From NCBI GenBank assembly GCA_965197475.1, contig CBDANF010000002.1, forward strand, positions 192,001 to 256,000: a DNA stretch of 64,000 bases. Direction: 5' to 3'. The notes under the pieces are model-generated. The model saw nothing but the letters and a program-made list of their open reading frames with translations. It made no database searches and was not told where the DNA came from. The stretch comes from Candidatus Poribacteria bacterium. Its GTDB lineage: Bacteria; Poribacteria; WGA-4E; WGA-3G. The position numbers and the translations under genes were made by a program. Positions 21,225 through 31,267 of this stretch are shown here, one piece after another; within the stretch, counting starts at the first letter, position 1; the number at the start of each line of letters is the position of its first letter.

Positions 21225-21244
21225 GCAGAAATGAAAGAGTGGCT

Positions 21245-21541
21245 ATGAAATTCAATCTTTTGAGTGATAACAAAAGAATCGTAGAAATAGCAATGTTGAT
21301 AGGGATAGTAATGGTGAGCGTGGATGCTATAATGCAAAACCGAGGTATTGCGGAAAAACATTTTTTGTGGATCTCCGGATTGGGATTTCTCGTAATGCTT
21401 TGGAGCATTTTTTCATACATTTTCGTTAACGCCAAGGCTATTAGCATAAAACCTTCAAGGATTTTAGGAAACATTTTATTTTTGGTCTTGTCCGCTTTTT
21501 GGGGAATATTTATGACGTGGATATACTTCGGAACGCAGTAG
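21245..21541 (+). CDS. Small membrane protein, hypothetical
   Basis: Three hydrophobic segments. Start may be 21221 or 21245. Confidence 0.5.
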   Translation: MKFNLLSDNKRIVEIAMLIGIVMVSVDAIMQNRGIAEKHFLWISGLGFLVMLWSIFSYIFVNAKAISIKPSRILGNILFLVLSAFWGIFMTWIYFGTQ

Positions 21542-21592
21542 TTTTTTTGACTGTTATGTGCAGAGTATTGTAAATTTTGAAACAAGGAATAT

Positions 21593-22375
21593 TTGATGCT
21601 TTCCACAGCACAATTAAAGCAATTTGAAGAAGAGGGGTATCTGCTACTTTCCGGTTTGATTCCAAAAGAGACCATCGTCCAAGCAGAACAAGCAATGTGG
21701 CATTCAATGGGTATGGATGCGAACGATCCTGACTCATGGAAACATATCCAACGTCCCTTTCTCACCGGTTTTTATATAGAAAACATGTCAAACGAAAATC
21801 GTATTGAGCTTTTCGGCGTAACGCATCCAGATATGTTGGCGTGTTGCACACCAGATTATCTCATCGTCCTCAACCAACTCGCTGAAAGATATCCATCTAT
21901 TTCGCATTGTAAAAGCCAATATCCAGATGGTATCTGGGCTATGAATCAATTCCCTATTTCTGCTGAGCGGAAAATACCTCTCCCTCACCTTGATGGATAC
22001 TCCAGAGATTTACGGTTGGATCCGGGTACTTTTCGTGTATCCAGTTTAACCTATCTCACCGATGCCAATTCCCATCAAGGAACGACAGTGATATGGCCCG
22101 AAGGTCCGCAACGGATTCGGGAGTTCCGCCAAAAGAATCCGTATTTTTCAAAACATGTTCGATCTATGCTGACACAGTTACCACAGATGGATTTGGGTGA
22201 ACCGATGGAAGTTGTCGCAAAACAAGGCGATGTACTCCTTTTTCATCACCTACTGCCGCATTCCGGAACAATAAATGCTGGCACTTCTCCGCGTTTCGCA
22301 ATTCGGTTTATGTGTCTTTGTCTTGATTGTCATCCTTGGCAGAAAAGAGGTGAGTGGAATATCTGGATGCCTTAG
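21593..22375 (+). CDS. Phytanoyl-CoA dioxygenase (PhyH) family protein
   Basis: LS-x-x-Q-x-x-x-F-x-x-x-GYL, H-x-D (PHLDG), GDVLLFHH-x-x-x-HSG...R. Confidence 0.85.
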   Translation: MMLSTAQLKQFEEEGYLLLSGLIPKETIVQAEQAMWHSMGMDANDPDSWKHIQRPFLTGFYIENMSNENRIELFGVTHPDMLACCTPDYLIVLNQLAERYPSISHCKSQYPDGIWAMNQFPISAERKIPLPHLDGYSRDLRLDPGTFRVSSLTYLTDANSHQGTTVIWPEGPQRIREFRQKNPYFSKHVRSMLTQLPQMDLGEPMEVVAKQGDVLLFHHLLPHSGTINAGTSPRFAIRFMCLCLDCHPWQKRGEWNIWMP

Positions 22376-22471
22376 AAAATATAGATACAACAGCATGTTG
22401 TTGAATTAATAGTTAATAGGATTCCTTGACATTAAACGTCCGAAGATATGATTGTAAACCAACTAACCTAA

Positions 22472-22726
22472 CATAACAAAGGTCGCGAACCTTTTAAACT
22501 CGCAATCAAGGAGAAAAAAGGTAAAAAAGGACTCGCTTTTCGTGATCCTGCCGTAAATCCTGTTGCTAAATGGATTTCTTTCCATGTTTATACAATGGCT
22601 GCCCCCGGATACGTAGATGATTTACTTGTCTATGAGGGTGACAAACCGATAAACCTTGCCGTTGACCCAAATGGAAAACTCGCTACCGTTTGGGGGCATA
22701 TCAAAAGACATTCCTCATTTCAGTAG
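22472..22726 (+). pseudogene. 3' remnant of a secreted protein carrying the C-terminal TW-x-x-IK tail
   Basis: Open frame without its own 5' region: ...GYVDDLLVYEGDKPINLAVDPNGKLATVWGHIKRHSSFQ*. Confidence 0.6.
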
Positions 22727-22831
22727 GAGTTACAATTCTAACCTCTGAGATAATAGACATTATAATGATTTAATCGTCCGTCCCTGATATCACTAAGACC
22801 GAAATATAGTCTAAACGCTAATGGCTTGTCC

Positions 22832-22980
22832 GTCGGGTAGAGTTTGCGAAACCCGACATGTTTGTTCTGAATGTCAAGTGTTCAGATGGTGGAAGTTACC
22901 GTTTTATAGATTGCGAAATCTGCTATATTATCTCTGGAACCCTGATATTGTCGGGTTTCGCTGCGCTCTACCCGACCTAC
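22832..22980. repeat. Inverted pair of REP-like elements
   Basis: gtcgggtagagtttgcgaaacccgaca (22832-22858) is inverted relative to tgtcgggtttcgctgcgctctacccgacctac (22949-22980). Same family as 23926-23956. Confidence 0.8.
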
Positions 22981-23073
22981 GAACTTTAGATTTTATTATA
23001 GACCAGTAACAACACACAATTAAAACGTTATAATGTCTAATGTGTTTATTGAAAAGATGCAAAGGAGTTTAAT

Positions 23074-23889
23074 ATGGACAACGAAACAGTTCATCTAACG
23101 CCTGCACAACGGTTACACTTTGACATTTACGGTTTCGTGTTGTTGGAGAACGTTCTGACTACCGACGAAATTGATCGGATGAAAGATGCTTTATACAGAA
23201 TCAAAGCGGATAAAGACCTTGATGGTAAAAGAGTCTATCTGAATTGGCGAGGTGAACATCACGCGCACATGGGAAACCTTGTTGAGTATGATCCGGCACT
23301 ATTAGAATATGCAGCGCATCCTAAACTTGTCCCGTTGGTTGAGGAGGTTGTTGGCGGGGCAGTCCGTCTTGAGGAAACTGAAGCAATTATTAACAGACGA
23401 AACGCAGAGGTTGATTTAGATGAACTTTTCAAACGTCGTTACAACCCAACTGGCTTTCATCGTGGCACGCAACACGGTTGGGGCACCTACATGGAACAGG
23501 ATAAGTTCCACTGCATCTTTGTGAAGACGCTTGCATGCCTAACCGATGTCGGCCCTGATGATGGTGGAACGTGTGTCATACCGGGTAGCCACCGCTTGAC
23601 ATGGAAACAGCGTGAAATGATTGAGGCAGCTTTATCTGATGACAAACTCATCCATCAAGTTGAAGCGTCCGCCGGTTCTGTCCTGCTTTTTGCAGAGGCC
23701 CTCGTTCACAGTACCACTGCCATTCGTAGCGACAAAGAGCGGGTTATTCTGATCGCAGGCTACACCCCACCGATGGTCCGAGAATGGCCGGGCAACGAGG
23801 TGAGTCCAGAATTTGTTGAGACACTTCCCGAAGAAATTCGCCCGCTTATCTCTGGCAGCGACAGTTGGCACTGGAAACGGCGGTACTAA
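23074..23889 (+). CDS. Phytanoyl-CoA dioxygenase (PhyH) family protein
   Basis: FDIYGFVLLENVL, FHRG, LTDVGPDDGGT-x-VIPGSH, AGSVLLF...LVH...R. Confidence 0.85.
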   Translation: MDNETVHLTPAQRLHFDIYGFVLLENVLTTDEIDRMKDALYRIKADKDLDGKRVYLNWRGEHHAHMGNLVEYDPALLEYAAHPKLVPLVEEVVGGAVRLEETEAIINRRNAEVDLDELFKRRYNPTGFHRGTQHGWGTYMEQDKFHCIFVKTLACLTDVGPDDGGTCVIPGSHRLTWKQREMIEAALSDDKLIHQVEASAGSVLLFAEALVHSTTAIRSDKERVILIAGYTPPMVREWPGNEVSPEFVETLPEEIRPLISGSDSWHWKRRY

Positions 23890-23925
23890 GTTAACGTGCA
23901 TTTGATAATAAGATCCAATGTAGAT

Positions 23926-24299
23926 GTAGGTTGGGTAGAGCGCAGCGAAACCCAACACGTCAACCATTGGGATGTGATAAATTGTTGGGTTTCACGTTGT
24001 TCTACCCTTATGTGTCAATTTAGTGTGCTATATGCAAAAAGATGCTGATTTGTGATAATAGCAGCACCAGCGGTGCGGAATGTGTATAGAATCAAACAGT
24101 CTCTTGAACCCCGCCAAATGCCATACGCGCATTTGGCGTTGATTCGCGGGGCAGCATGCGCTTTTGGCATGCTGCATGAGGTGTCTGACAACACGTACAC
24201 ATATACACCTTTCGCCCCTCTGGGGTTTAGATATCCAAAATATAGGTTTATTTCCTTAAGTTGACACTTATGGGTTTCACGTTGTTCTACCCAACCTAC
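23926..24299. mobile_element. MITE inserted into a REP doublet, flanked by a long direct repeat
   Basis: gggtttcacgttgttctaccc occurs at 23987-24007 and 24272-24292. The insert ends cccttatgtgtcaattta and taagttgacacttatggg are imperfect inverted repeats. Confidence 0.7.
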
Positions 24300-24305
24300 T
24301 TTAGT

Positions 24306-24396
24306 CAACTATAGTGAAGTATAAAAAGTAGACATTTGCTTGTAGGTGCGCTTTGTAAGCGCGCTATCAGTGGTATTTCAATAATTCTTGACTATA
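24306..24396. repeat. Short MITE/REP unit (empty-site equivalent of 20168-20381)
   Basis: caactatagtg...gtaggtgcgctttgtaagcgcgc...actata, collinear with the flanks of the 20168 element. Confidence 0.65.
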
Positions 24397-24436
24397 ATTG
24401 ACTGTAGGATGGGTACCGTGCCTTACCCACACTGTT

Positions 24437-25948
24437 TTATGCGCCCGAAGTCCGCGGCATCGGCAGCGGTTCTTTCCCCATTTCCGCAAACAAAAGTTTC
24501 ATCACCAGGTCCGCCTTCAATTCCGCATGTTCAGATGAATTCCAAAGGTTATTGATTTCACCTGGATCCTCGCGCATATCAAACAATTCCCCATATTCTC
24601 GGTTGTAATAGACGGTAAGTTTATATCGGTCATCAACGTAGGTTTTTACGTGGACAGTTGTCGGTTCGTGATGGTTTTCAACGATGATGTGGTCACGTGC
24701 CTGCTCTTCCTGTCCGTACCAGACCGGTGTCTGATCTACCCCTGTCATCGGAAGTGGAATATCAATCCCCGCGGCACTAAGAAACGAAGGTGCTAAATCC
24801 ACTAAAGTCTGCAACGCATCAGATTGTTTCCCCGCAGGCACAACACCCGGATACCGAGCGATAAACGGCACCTTGATTACATCTTCATAGTGGAACGCTC
24901 CTTTTGCAATCAGACCGTGCTGCCCATAAAAATGTCCATGATCGGAGGTGAAAACAACCAACGTGTTATCAGCAAGTCCAAGTTCGTCAAGTTTTCCCAA
25001 GATTTTGCCGATATACTTATCCATCAGACTCACCATGCCGTAATAGACAGCAATATCTTTAGCAAGTTCATCCCGATCTCGTAAATGCGACCTGAATCCG
25101 TGGACACCTTTGCCGCTTTCTCGCCATTCGGAGAAATCCGGTTTTTTCTGCTGTGTCATTTGGAAATGTATGGGATTTTTGTCATGCTCACCTTCTGTTA
25201 CAGATGGCACCGTCAAAGCATCAGGGTCATACATCGTATCCCACGGTTCTGGCACGAGATATTTCGGGTGCGGATCAAAGAAACTTGCCCAGAGGAAAAA
25301 GTTCTCGTCATTTTGCTGATAGGTTTCCATGAGTGCGTTCGTTCGTTCAGCAATCCAAGTATCGTAATGGTATTCTTCAGGAATGGGCCACTTGCGATAT
25401 TGTCCTTTAGCGTTTCCTGTAGGTGGTGCATAAAAATCACGCCAATTTGATAGACCTTTTTCCTCCATCCAGATAGCGTAGTGCTGCCCGACGTGTGCTT
25501 CATCGGCGTGGTTACGCGCAAGTTCAACATGCTCAAATCCGTAAAACGGTTCATTGAAGTTTCGCCAGAAGTCTAAATCTTGTAGAATCGGATAGGATTC
25601 CAATGAAGGGAATTCGTCTGTTCCGTGTAAGGGTTGAAAGTGCGCTTTTCCAACAAGGGCAGTACGGTAACCTGCGTCGGTAAAATCTTCACCGACGGTA
25701 TGTTCATCTTCAAGGAGTTTTGTGCCGAGAGACCATGCACCGTGTTGGCTTGGATACTTTCCTGTAATGATAGATGCGCGGGTCGGTGTGCAAGTTGGGT
25801 TAGGGCAATAGGCTCTGTTAAAGAGTGTGCCATCTTGTGCTAAGGCATCCAAGTGAGGTGTCTGAATTTCGGGGTTAAGACACCCCAAGGTATTCCAATG
25901 TTGTTGATCGCTTGTGATAAGCAAAATATTGGGTCGGTTTTTATCCAT
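24437..25948 (-). CDS. Sulfatase (Cys-type, formylglycine-dependent)
   Basis: PNILLITSDQ, CTPTRASIITG (C-x-P-x-R), GYRT-x-x-x-GK-x-H, FTSDHG, ELFD-x-x-x-DP-x-E. Confidence 0.95.
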   Translation of the reverse strand: MDKNRPNILLITSDQQHWNTLGCLNPEIQTPHLDALAQDGTLFNRAYCPNPTCTPTRASIITGKYPSQHGAWSLGTKLLEDEHTVGEDFTDAGYRTALVGKAHFQPLHGTDEFPSLESYPILQDLDFWRNFNEPFYGFEHVELARNHADEAHVGQHYAIWMEEKGLSNWRDFYAPPTGNAKGQYRKWPIPEEYHYDTWIAERTNALMETYQQNDENFFLWASFFDPHPKYLVPEPWDTMYDPDALTVPSVTEGEHDKNPIHFQMTQQKKPDFSEWRESGKGVHGFRSHLRDRDELAKDIAVYYGMVSLMDKYIGKILGKLDELGLADNTLVVFTSDHGHFYGQHGLIAKGAFHYEDVIKVPFIARYPGVVPAGKQSDALQTLVDLAPSFLSAAGIDIPLPMTGVDQTPVWYGQEEQARDHIIVENHHEPTTVHVKTYVDDRYKLTVYYNREYGELFDMREDPGEINNLWNSSEHAELKADLVMKLLFAEMGKEPLPMPRTSGA

Positions 25949-26036
25949 TAAACTTCCTTTTTATGTCTTTCGCAAAACCAGAAAAACGGACTTCATTTTA
26001 TCAGCGAACTTTATCCTTGCGTTCTACGCCTGCTGC

Positions 26037-27347
26037 TTAAGCTCCCTTCCTTAAACAACACTGCTTATACTTTCGTCCACTACCGCATGAGCAAGGTGAG
26101 TTTCGCCCGACCTTCTGCGATGACGTGGAGAGGGTCCGAACCTTCAAATTATTGCTTTTGCCATTTGCTTGCCGACGTTCCCGCATCATCGGTATAATAC
26201 TATTCGCGGGTTTTCCCGCCTGTAGAGCCGAAGCCATCAGTTTCATCGGTTCATCAATGTGATTGAAAAAATGCTTGTAGCCAGCACAGAGGTAGTTCAA
26301 GCCTTCCTCTCCTGATGGAGTCTCAATAATTCGGTTTTTCGGACAACCGCCATTGCAAACGAACTTTACCTCACAATTGCGGCAGTATTCCGGTAGCATG
26401 TCCCGCTTATCGGTGCCGAATTTACGTTGAAACGGTGAATCCACCATGTCCGCTATTGAGGTCTCTTCTATGTTGCCGATGTAGTAGTCAGGGGTAACGT
26501 AATGATCGCAGGAATAGAGATCGCCATTATGTTCAATTGCCATCGCATCGCCACAGGTCTCATTGAAAATACAGAGGCTTGGGTTATAACCCATCCACGC
26601 TTCTAACGCTACATCAAAAATCTGGACGAAGATTTTACCGATGTCGTTTACCACCCATTCATCGAAAATGGTGGAGAGGAATTTACCGTATTGCTTTGCC
26701 GTGACAGAGCGCGGGGACACGTTTTTGCTGTCAAAGTGTTCAACCGCAGGAATAAACTGCATAAATTCTACGCCAAGCTCTTTGAAATAGGAGTATACCT
26801 CCTTCGGATAATCAGCGTTGTGTCTGTTAACAACGCAAAGCACATTATAATCAACCTTATGCTCCTGCAATATCCGCAACCCACGGATTACCTGTTCTGA
26901 TGTTGGACGGCCGCGTTTGTCATAACGATATTTATCGTGGATCTCCGGTGGACCATCGATACTTATCCCTATTAAAAATCTATTTTGCTTGAAAAAATGC
27001 CCCCATTCATCGTCTAATAGCGTGGCATTCGTTTGAAAAGTATTTTGAATCCTCATACCAGTGCGGCGGTATTTTTGCTGATAACGTACTGCCTGTCGGA
27101 AAAAATCCACACCCATCAAAGTCGGTTCGCCACCTTGCCACGCGAACGTAACTTCGTTAACCTGCTGTGCCTCAATATATTGCTTGACATAGTTTTCCAA
27201 AGTTTCGTCGCCCATCCGGAAAGAGCGAGTTTCGGGGTAGAGTTCCTCTTTTTCCAGATAAAAGCAGTATTCGCAATCTAAATTGCAGATCGGTCCGATC
27301 GGCTTTGTCATCACATGAAAAGCGCGTGGAGCTTTAGGTTGAACCAT
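26037..27347 (-). CDS. Anaerobic sulfatase-maturating radical SAM enzyme with C-terminal SEC-C motif
   Basis: KP-x-G-x-x-CNL-x-C-x-YCFY, WQGGEPTL, SPASM cysteines, GRNSPCSCGSGRKYKQCC. Adjacent to the sulfatase. Confidence 0.95.
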   Translation of the reverse strand: MVQPKAPRAFHVMTKPIGPICNLDCEYCFYLEKEELYPETRSFRMGDETLENYVKQYIEAQQVNEVTFAWQGGEPTLMGVDFFRQAVRYQQKYRRTGMRIQNTFQTNATLLDDEWGHFFKQNRFLIGISIDGPPEIHDKYRYDKRGRPTSEQVIRGLRILQEHKVDYNVLCVVNRHNADYPKEVYSYFKELGVEFMQFIPAVEHFDSKNVSPRSVTAKQYGKFLSTIFDEWVVNDIGKIFVQIFDVALEAWMGYNPSLCIFNETCGDAMAIEHNGDLYSCDHYVTPDYYIGNIEETSIADMVDSPFQRKFGTDKRDMLPEYCRNCEVKFVCNGGCPKNRIIETPSGEEGLNYLCAGYKHFFNHIDEPMKLMASALQAGKPANSIIPMMRERRQANGKSNNLKVRTLSTSSQKVGRNSPCSCGSGRKYKQCCLRKGA

Positions 27348-27484
27348 TCGAATTACCTCTTGTTTTGACTTTGCGTTAAGTGTAGCACATTCCGCATGAA
27401 ACTACAAGAAAAAAGTGGAAGTCAATCGCATTCTGCAGGAGTACCTCTTTTTCCTCTGTAGGAGCGACCTCCCGGTCGAGATCC

Positions 27485-29017
27485 CTAAACAACCCTGTTT
27501 TCAACCCCACCAAACGACAAAATTTTCTTTATCTTACCCGGTTGTGCCCAATTGCACTTTCCTGCCCCATTAAGTTGTCGCAGCAAAACCGGAATTTCCG
27601 GATCTTCAAGTGCTGTCTTTATCCTTTGTGCCTCGTCTTCACGCCAGCACGGAATGAACGCATGCATCGCCTGATTGCCTTGCCACATCTGCCCGTCTAC
27701 ACTGCTCAACACAATCGGGTTAAAGTGGTTTTTCCCGTATGCCTCCCATATCACTTTGAAAGGTGCAAACGAATAGGGACCAACACCGAGCAACGCCCAC
27801 CAATACCCTCTATTCATAGACGCTCGTAGAAGTGTTCCTTTTCGACTCTGTAACACATCTTGACAATTCTGAAGATAGTTTCTTAATGTATCAAACTTTT
27901 CGATTTGTTCCCATGTTAGCGGTTTCCCTGTCTCCTGATGATACGGCAATAGAATCCATTTGTGAGGTGTCAAGTCATGTTGTCGCCATATCTCCTTCGT
28001 TGCCAGCGGGTATAGAAACGCTTCAGGGAGATGTGTAGGTTTGTGGTCAAAGATAAAAACGCTATTCGCACCGCATGTATTCACACCTTGTCTTGGCTTT
28101 TGTTCAGGTGTCAATCTGATTTCAAGTGTTTTACCCGCATTAAGTTCATCAAGGTTTTGCACGATCCGCCACGGGTCATCAGAATTTTTGAGTGGTAAAG
28201 CCTTATGTTCAACCCAATTTCCGTCCAACTCTTTGAAATATGTGACCGGAAATTCCTGTTGTGCATCACCTTGGAACCTGGCACAACAGTATGCAGTGTT
28301 AACGCCATCAAACACTTTAGTAGATGTAAATTCATAAACAGCATCTATGGCGAAATTCCGATATGTATCAAAGAAACTTTGCGAGCATTTAGCATTGTAA
28401 TTTCTAAATCCACTATGTGCACCATCGCCAAAAAAGAGAGACGTGGGAAGATAGAAATATCCTGAACCGTTCTTTTTGAGTAGTTTTCCAAGAACGACCT
28501 TCAATACTAATGCAGCTATATCAACGCGGGAAGACCCCAAAAGCGTCCGTTGCGTATCCGCTACAAGTCCTTCTTGAAGAAAATAGGGTTTAATTTCCGT
28601 TTTGTAAGCCGTAGGTAAGTCTCCGAAGTTTGCCCACGGAGGATTCCCAATGAGTATATCATATTGTTGCGTATGCGTCTCTGTGATAACATCTTGACAG
28701 AAGATGTGTGAGGAAGGAAAATCAACGCCAAATTCTCGTTGAACATTTTCTCTGAACTGCTCAAGGAACGAAGGGATTATCTCAATGAGCGTTAGACGTG
28801 ACATGCGTTCCGTGGTAATAGGAATTCCTTTGTTTCGCGCGATATGGAGCATCGCAAGCACAAACGCACCCTGCCCCGCTGTTGGGTCACAGATATGTGC
28901 ACCGTCAAGCCACGCATCAAAGATATTCCACTTATTGATGAGCCATTCTGCCCATTTGAGTGGTGTAAAAACTTTTCCGATATTAGCGTCTATTAAATGA
29001 GAAGTGTTTGTATCCAT
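27485..29017 (-). CDS. N6-adenine DNA methyltransferase
   Basis: GKVFTP, DPTAGQGAF (motif I), GNPPW (motif IV), C-terminal GPYSFAPFKVIW. Confidence 0.85.
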   Translation of the reverse strand: MDTNTSHLIDANIGKVFTPLKWAEWLINKWNIFDAWLDGAHICDPTAGQGAFVLAMLHIARNKGIPITTERMSRLTLIEIIPSFLEQFRENVQREFGVDFPSSHIFCQDVITETHTQQYDILIGNPPWANFGDLPTAYKTEIKPYFLQEGLVADTQRTLLGSSRVDIAALVLKVVLGKLLKKNGSGYFYLPTSLFFGDGAHSGFRNYNAKCSQSFFDTYRNFAIDAVYEFTSTKVFDGVNTAYCCARFQGDAQQEFPVTYFKELDGNWVEHKALPLKNSDDPWRIVQNLDELNAGKTLEIRLTPEQKPRQGVNTCGANSVFIFDHKPTHLPEAFLYPLATKEIWRQHDLTPHKWILLPYHQETGKPLTWEQIEKFDTLRNYLQNCQDVLQSRKGTLLRASMNRGYWWALLGVGPYSFAPFKVIWEAYGKNHFNPIVLSSVDGQMWQGNQAMHAFIPCWREDEAQRIKTALEDPEIPVLLRQLNGAGKCNWAQPGKIKKILSFGGVENRVV

Positions 29018-29657
29018 TGTTTCTAAATGCCTCTAAATCTGCAATACGTCTTAACGCGTCACTGCTAACTCGTCTATAATGTTGGATAGCGAGATCTATG
29101 AACATATCATAGAAATCAGTAATATCCCGATTCCAATCAATTTCCTCCCAAACTTGGTTAACTGTGTAATTAAGCCGTATTTGTCCAGTACCAAGATTTT
29201 TAATTCTGTATGCATCCTGAGGAAATAAAATAAAAGGTGCTACACGGATATATACAAAATCGCGTTTTTCACTCTGGGAAGATAATTTGTTGTGTCCAAA
29301 TTCTGCGATAAGGAACATCCCATTATCATTTGCCAGAAATTTCAACAAATTACCAACAGCACAAATCCCACCATCAGAGTACCGAGTTGAATCTAGGTCC
29401 TTAGTTTTAACATCAATTCCAATGATTCTATTTTCAAACTGTAAAGCAAAATCAAAGATGGTACGTCTTCCTGGTCGTTCTAACGCAGGATATCCAAGAT
29501 CTGAACACATCTGATCCCAATTATCAGCTATCTTTTTTTCAATCATTGCTCCAAAAGCTCGAGAATCTTCGCGTGCTGCTAACCCCGATGTTAGTTCTTC
29601 AGAAAAAATCTCAGATAGTTTATCTTCTATTTGACTGGATATTTCCTTTAGATCCAT
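28983..29657 (-). CDS. Putative Type II restriction endonuclease
   Basis: FDF...IGIDVKTK PD-(D/E)xK-like motif and NLGTGQI. Overlaps the MTase start. Confidence 0.6.
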   Translation of the reverse strand: MDLKEISSQIEDKLSEIFSEELTSGLAAREDSRAFGAMIEKKIADNWDQMCSDLGYPALERPGRRTIFDFALQFENRIIGIDVKTKDLDSTRYSDGGICAVGNLLKFLANDNGMFLIAEFGHNKLSSQSEKRDFVYIRVAPFILFPQDAYRIKNLGTGQIRLNYTVNQVWEEIDWNRDITDFYDMFIDLAIQHYRRVSSDALRRIADLEAFRNNGYKHFSFNRR

Positions 29658-29822
29658 AAAATTCCTCCCCTACCATTTATTATAGTCAATTTATTAGTAT
29701 GATATTACAATTATGCCAACAACCGAGATAGTTGGGATAGTCGCAATAACCTCATGTTACAATGTTAGTATGTATTTTATCACTTATAAATATATTAATC
29801 AACTTGTTAAATTTCTTTTGGC

Positions 29823-29852
29823 TTGACCTTTTCAGAGCAAATATGGTACTAT
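29823..29852 (+). promoter_or_regulatory. Putative promoter for the 30072 methyltransferase
   Basis: TTGACC, 18-nt spacer, TACTAT with a TG extension. Confidence 0.35.
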
Positions 29853-29894
29853 TTGATAACTAACGTGAGTTCGATATAAGCATTTTTGGGAATT

Positions 29895-29919
29895 GGTGCG
29901 GTTAGGAAACCGCACCTAC
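29895..29919. repeat. REP-like palindrome
   Basis: ggtgcggttaggaaaccgcacctac; same family as 20267-20291 (inverted) and 62504-62527. Confidence 0.8.
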
Positions 29920-30071
29920 CGCTGTTATGTGAGTAGAATAGTAGAATTCAAAGCATTAAGAACTTCATACCTCTTACACCGAACTCACGTTACTACTTGT
30001 AATGGCAGAAGTTTGAAGGGTTTTCCGCACACCGTAATGGCACTTATGGATAGTGAAAGGCAGATCATGCA

Positions 30072-30920
30072 ATGGCAGCAATAAAAACAGACCTTTATCT
30101 TGGAGATTGTTTAGAGGTCCTGTCCAATTTTGACACTGATTCATTTGACCTGATTGTAACTTCTCCTCCATACGCGGACCGGCGATCTAAAACTTATGGC
30201 GGAATCAATCCTAATGAATATGTGAATTGGTTTATACCTCGCGCTGAGCAATTTTTAAGGGTTCTCAAGCCATCCGGCACATTTATCCTGAACATCAAAG
30301 AGAAAGCTGTTAACGGAGAACGGCATACCTATGTTATTGAGTTGATACTTGAAATGAAAAAACAGGGATGGTTGTGGACAGAGGAGTTTATCTGGCACAA
30401 GAAAAACAGCTACCCGGGCAAGTGGCCGAATAGGTTCAGAGATTCTTGGGAAAGATGTATACAGTTTAACAAAACTAAGAAATTCAATATGTATCAGGAT
30501 GCGGTAATGGTGCCGATGGGTGACTGGGCAGAGAAAAGGTTGAAAAAGCTTAGTAAGACAGATCAAAGTCGAGATACGTCCAAAGTAGGGAGTGGATTTG
30601 GAAAGAACGTATCAAATTGGTTAGACCGAAAAATGGCGTATCCGACTAATGTTTTACATCTCGCAACGGAAACTGGAAATCGAAAACATAGTGCCGTTTT
30701 TCCGAAGACGTTACCTGAATGGTTCATCAAGTTGTTTACGAAAGAAAATGATTGGGTTCTTGATCCGTTTGCAGGTTCCGGAACGACTTGCCAGGTTGCC
30801 CAAATGTTGTTGAGAAATTCTGCTGGTATTGAAATTTTTCCGGAGTATTATCAAGTGGCAAAGGAGAATATTACGCCGACACAATATAAGATTGAGGGCA
30901 GCATATGTGCTACTGCTTGA
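30072..30920 (+). CDS. N4-cytosine/N6-adenine DNA methyltransferase (beta class)
   Basis: TSPPY (motif IV) precedes H-x-A-x-FP and LDPFAGSGTT (motif I). Confidence 0.92.
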   Translation: MAAIKTDLYLGDCLEVLSNFDTDSFDLIVTSPPYADRRSKTYGGINPNEYVNWFIPRAEQFLRVLKPSGTFILNIKEKAVNGERHTYVIELILEMKKQGWLWTEEFIWHKKNSYPGKWPNRFRDSWERCIQFNKTKKFNMYQDAVMVPMGDWAEKRLKKLSKTDQSRDTSKVGSGFGKNVSNWLDRKMAYPTNVLHLATETGNRKHSAVFPKTLPEWFIKLFTKENDWVLDPFAGSGTTCQVAQMLLRNSAGIEIFPEYYQVAKENITPTQYKIEGSICATA

Positions 30921-31017
30921 AGTTATGCGGACAAACTTTTGGCAGTTTATTTCTGATGACGGTAACATACTTTGGGAAGAAATCGTTAAATTTAATTCCG
31001 CAAAGACTACATCTTGA
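30917..31017 (+). pseudogene. Eroded remnant of a Type II restriction endonuclease (EcoO109I/PmeII-like C-terminus)
   Basis: Two frames give LKLCGQ and FWQFISD...DGNILWEEIVKFNS, resembling from memory the C-terminal motifs of that family. Sits immediately after the MTase. Confidence 0.45.
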
Positions 31018-31267
31018 ATCTAATTCTAAATCCTGCTTGACACCTAATTATAATTCAACCTCCACCCAATCAAAACACTATCACCAAATCCCGCTAATTA
31101 TAATTCAATACTCGGCAAACGCGCCTGGACAGTTTCAATTTCGTTTATAGTATTCAGTATCTACAATAGGAATGCTTCCCAGAAATCACAAATTTTCTGG
31201 ACATGCAACAAATGCTATGCTATGCTAAATACTATATATCTTATAGACAATATGCTGAGGAGAAACT

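Noticed and set aside
22821-24308. Short ORFs 22821-23009, 24015-24308 and 24052-24264
   Set aside because: These are translations of REP/MITE DNA.
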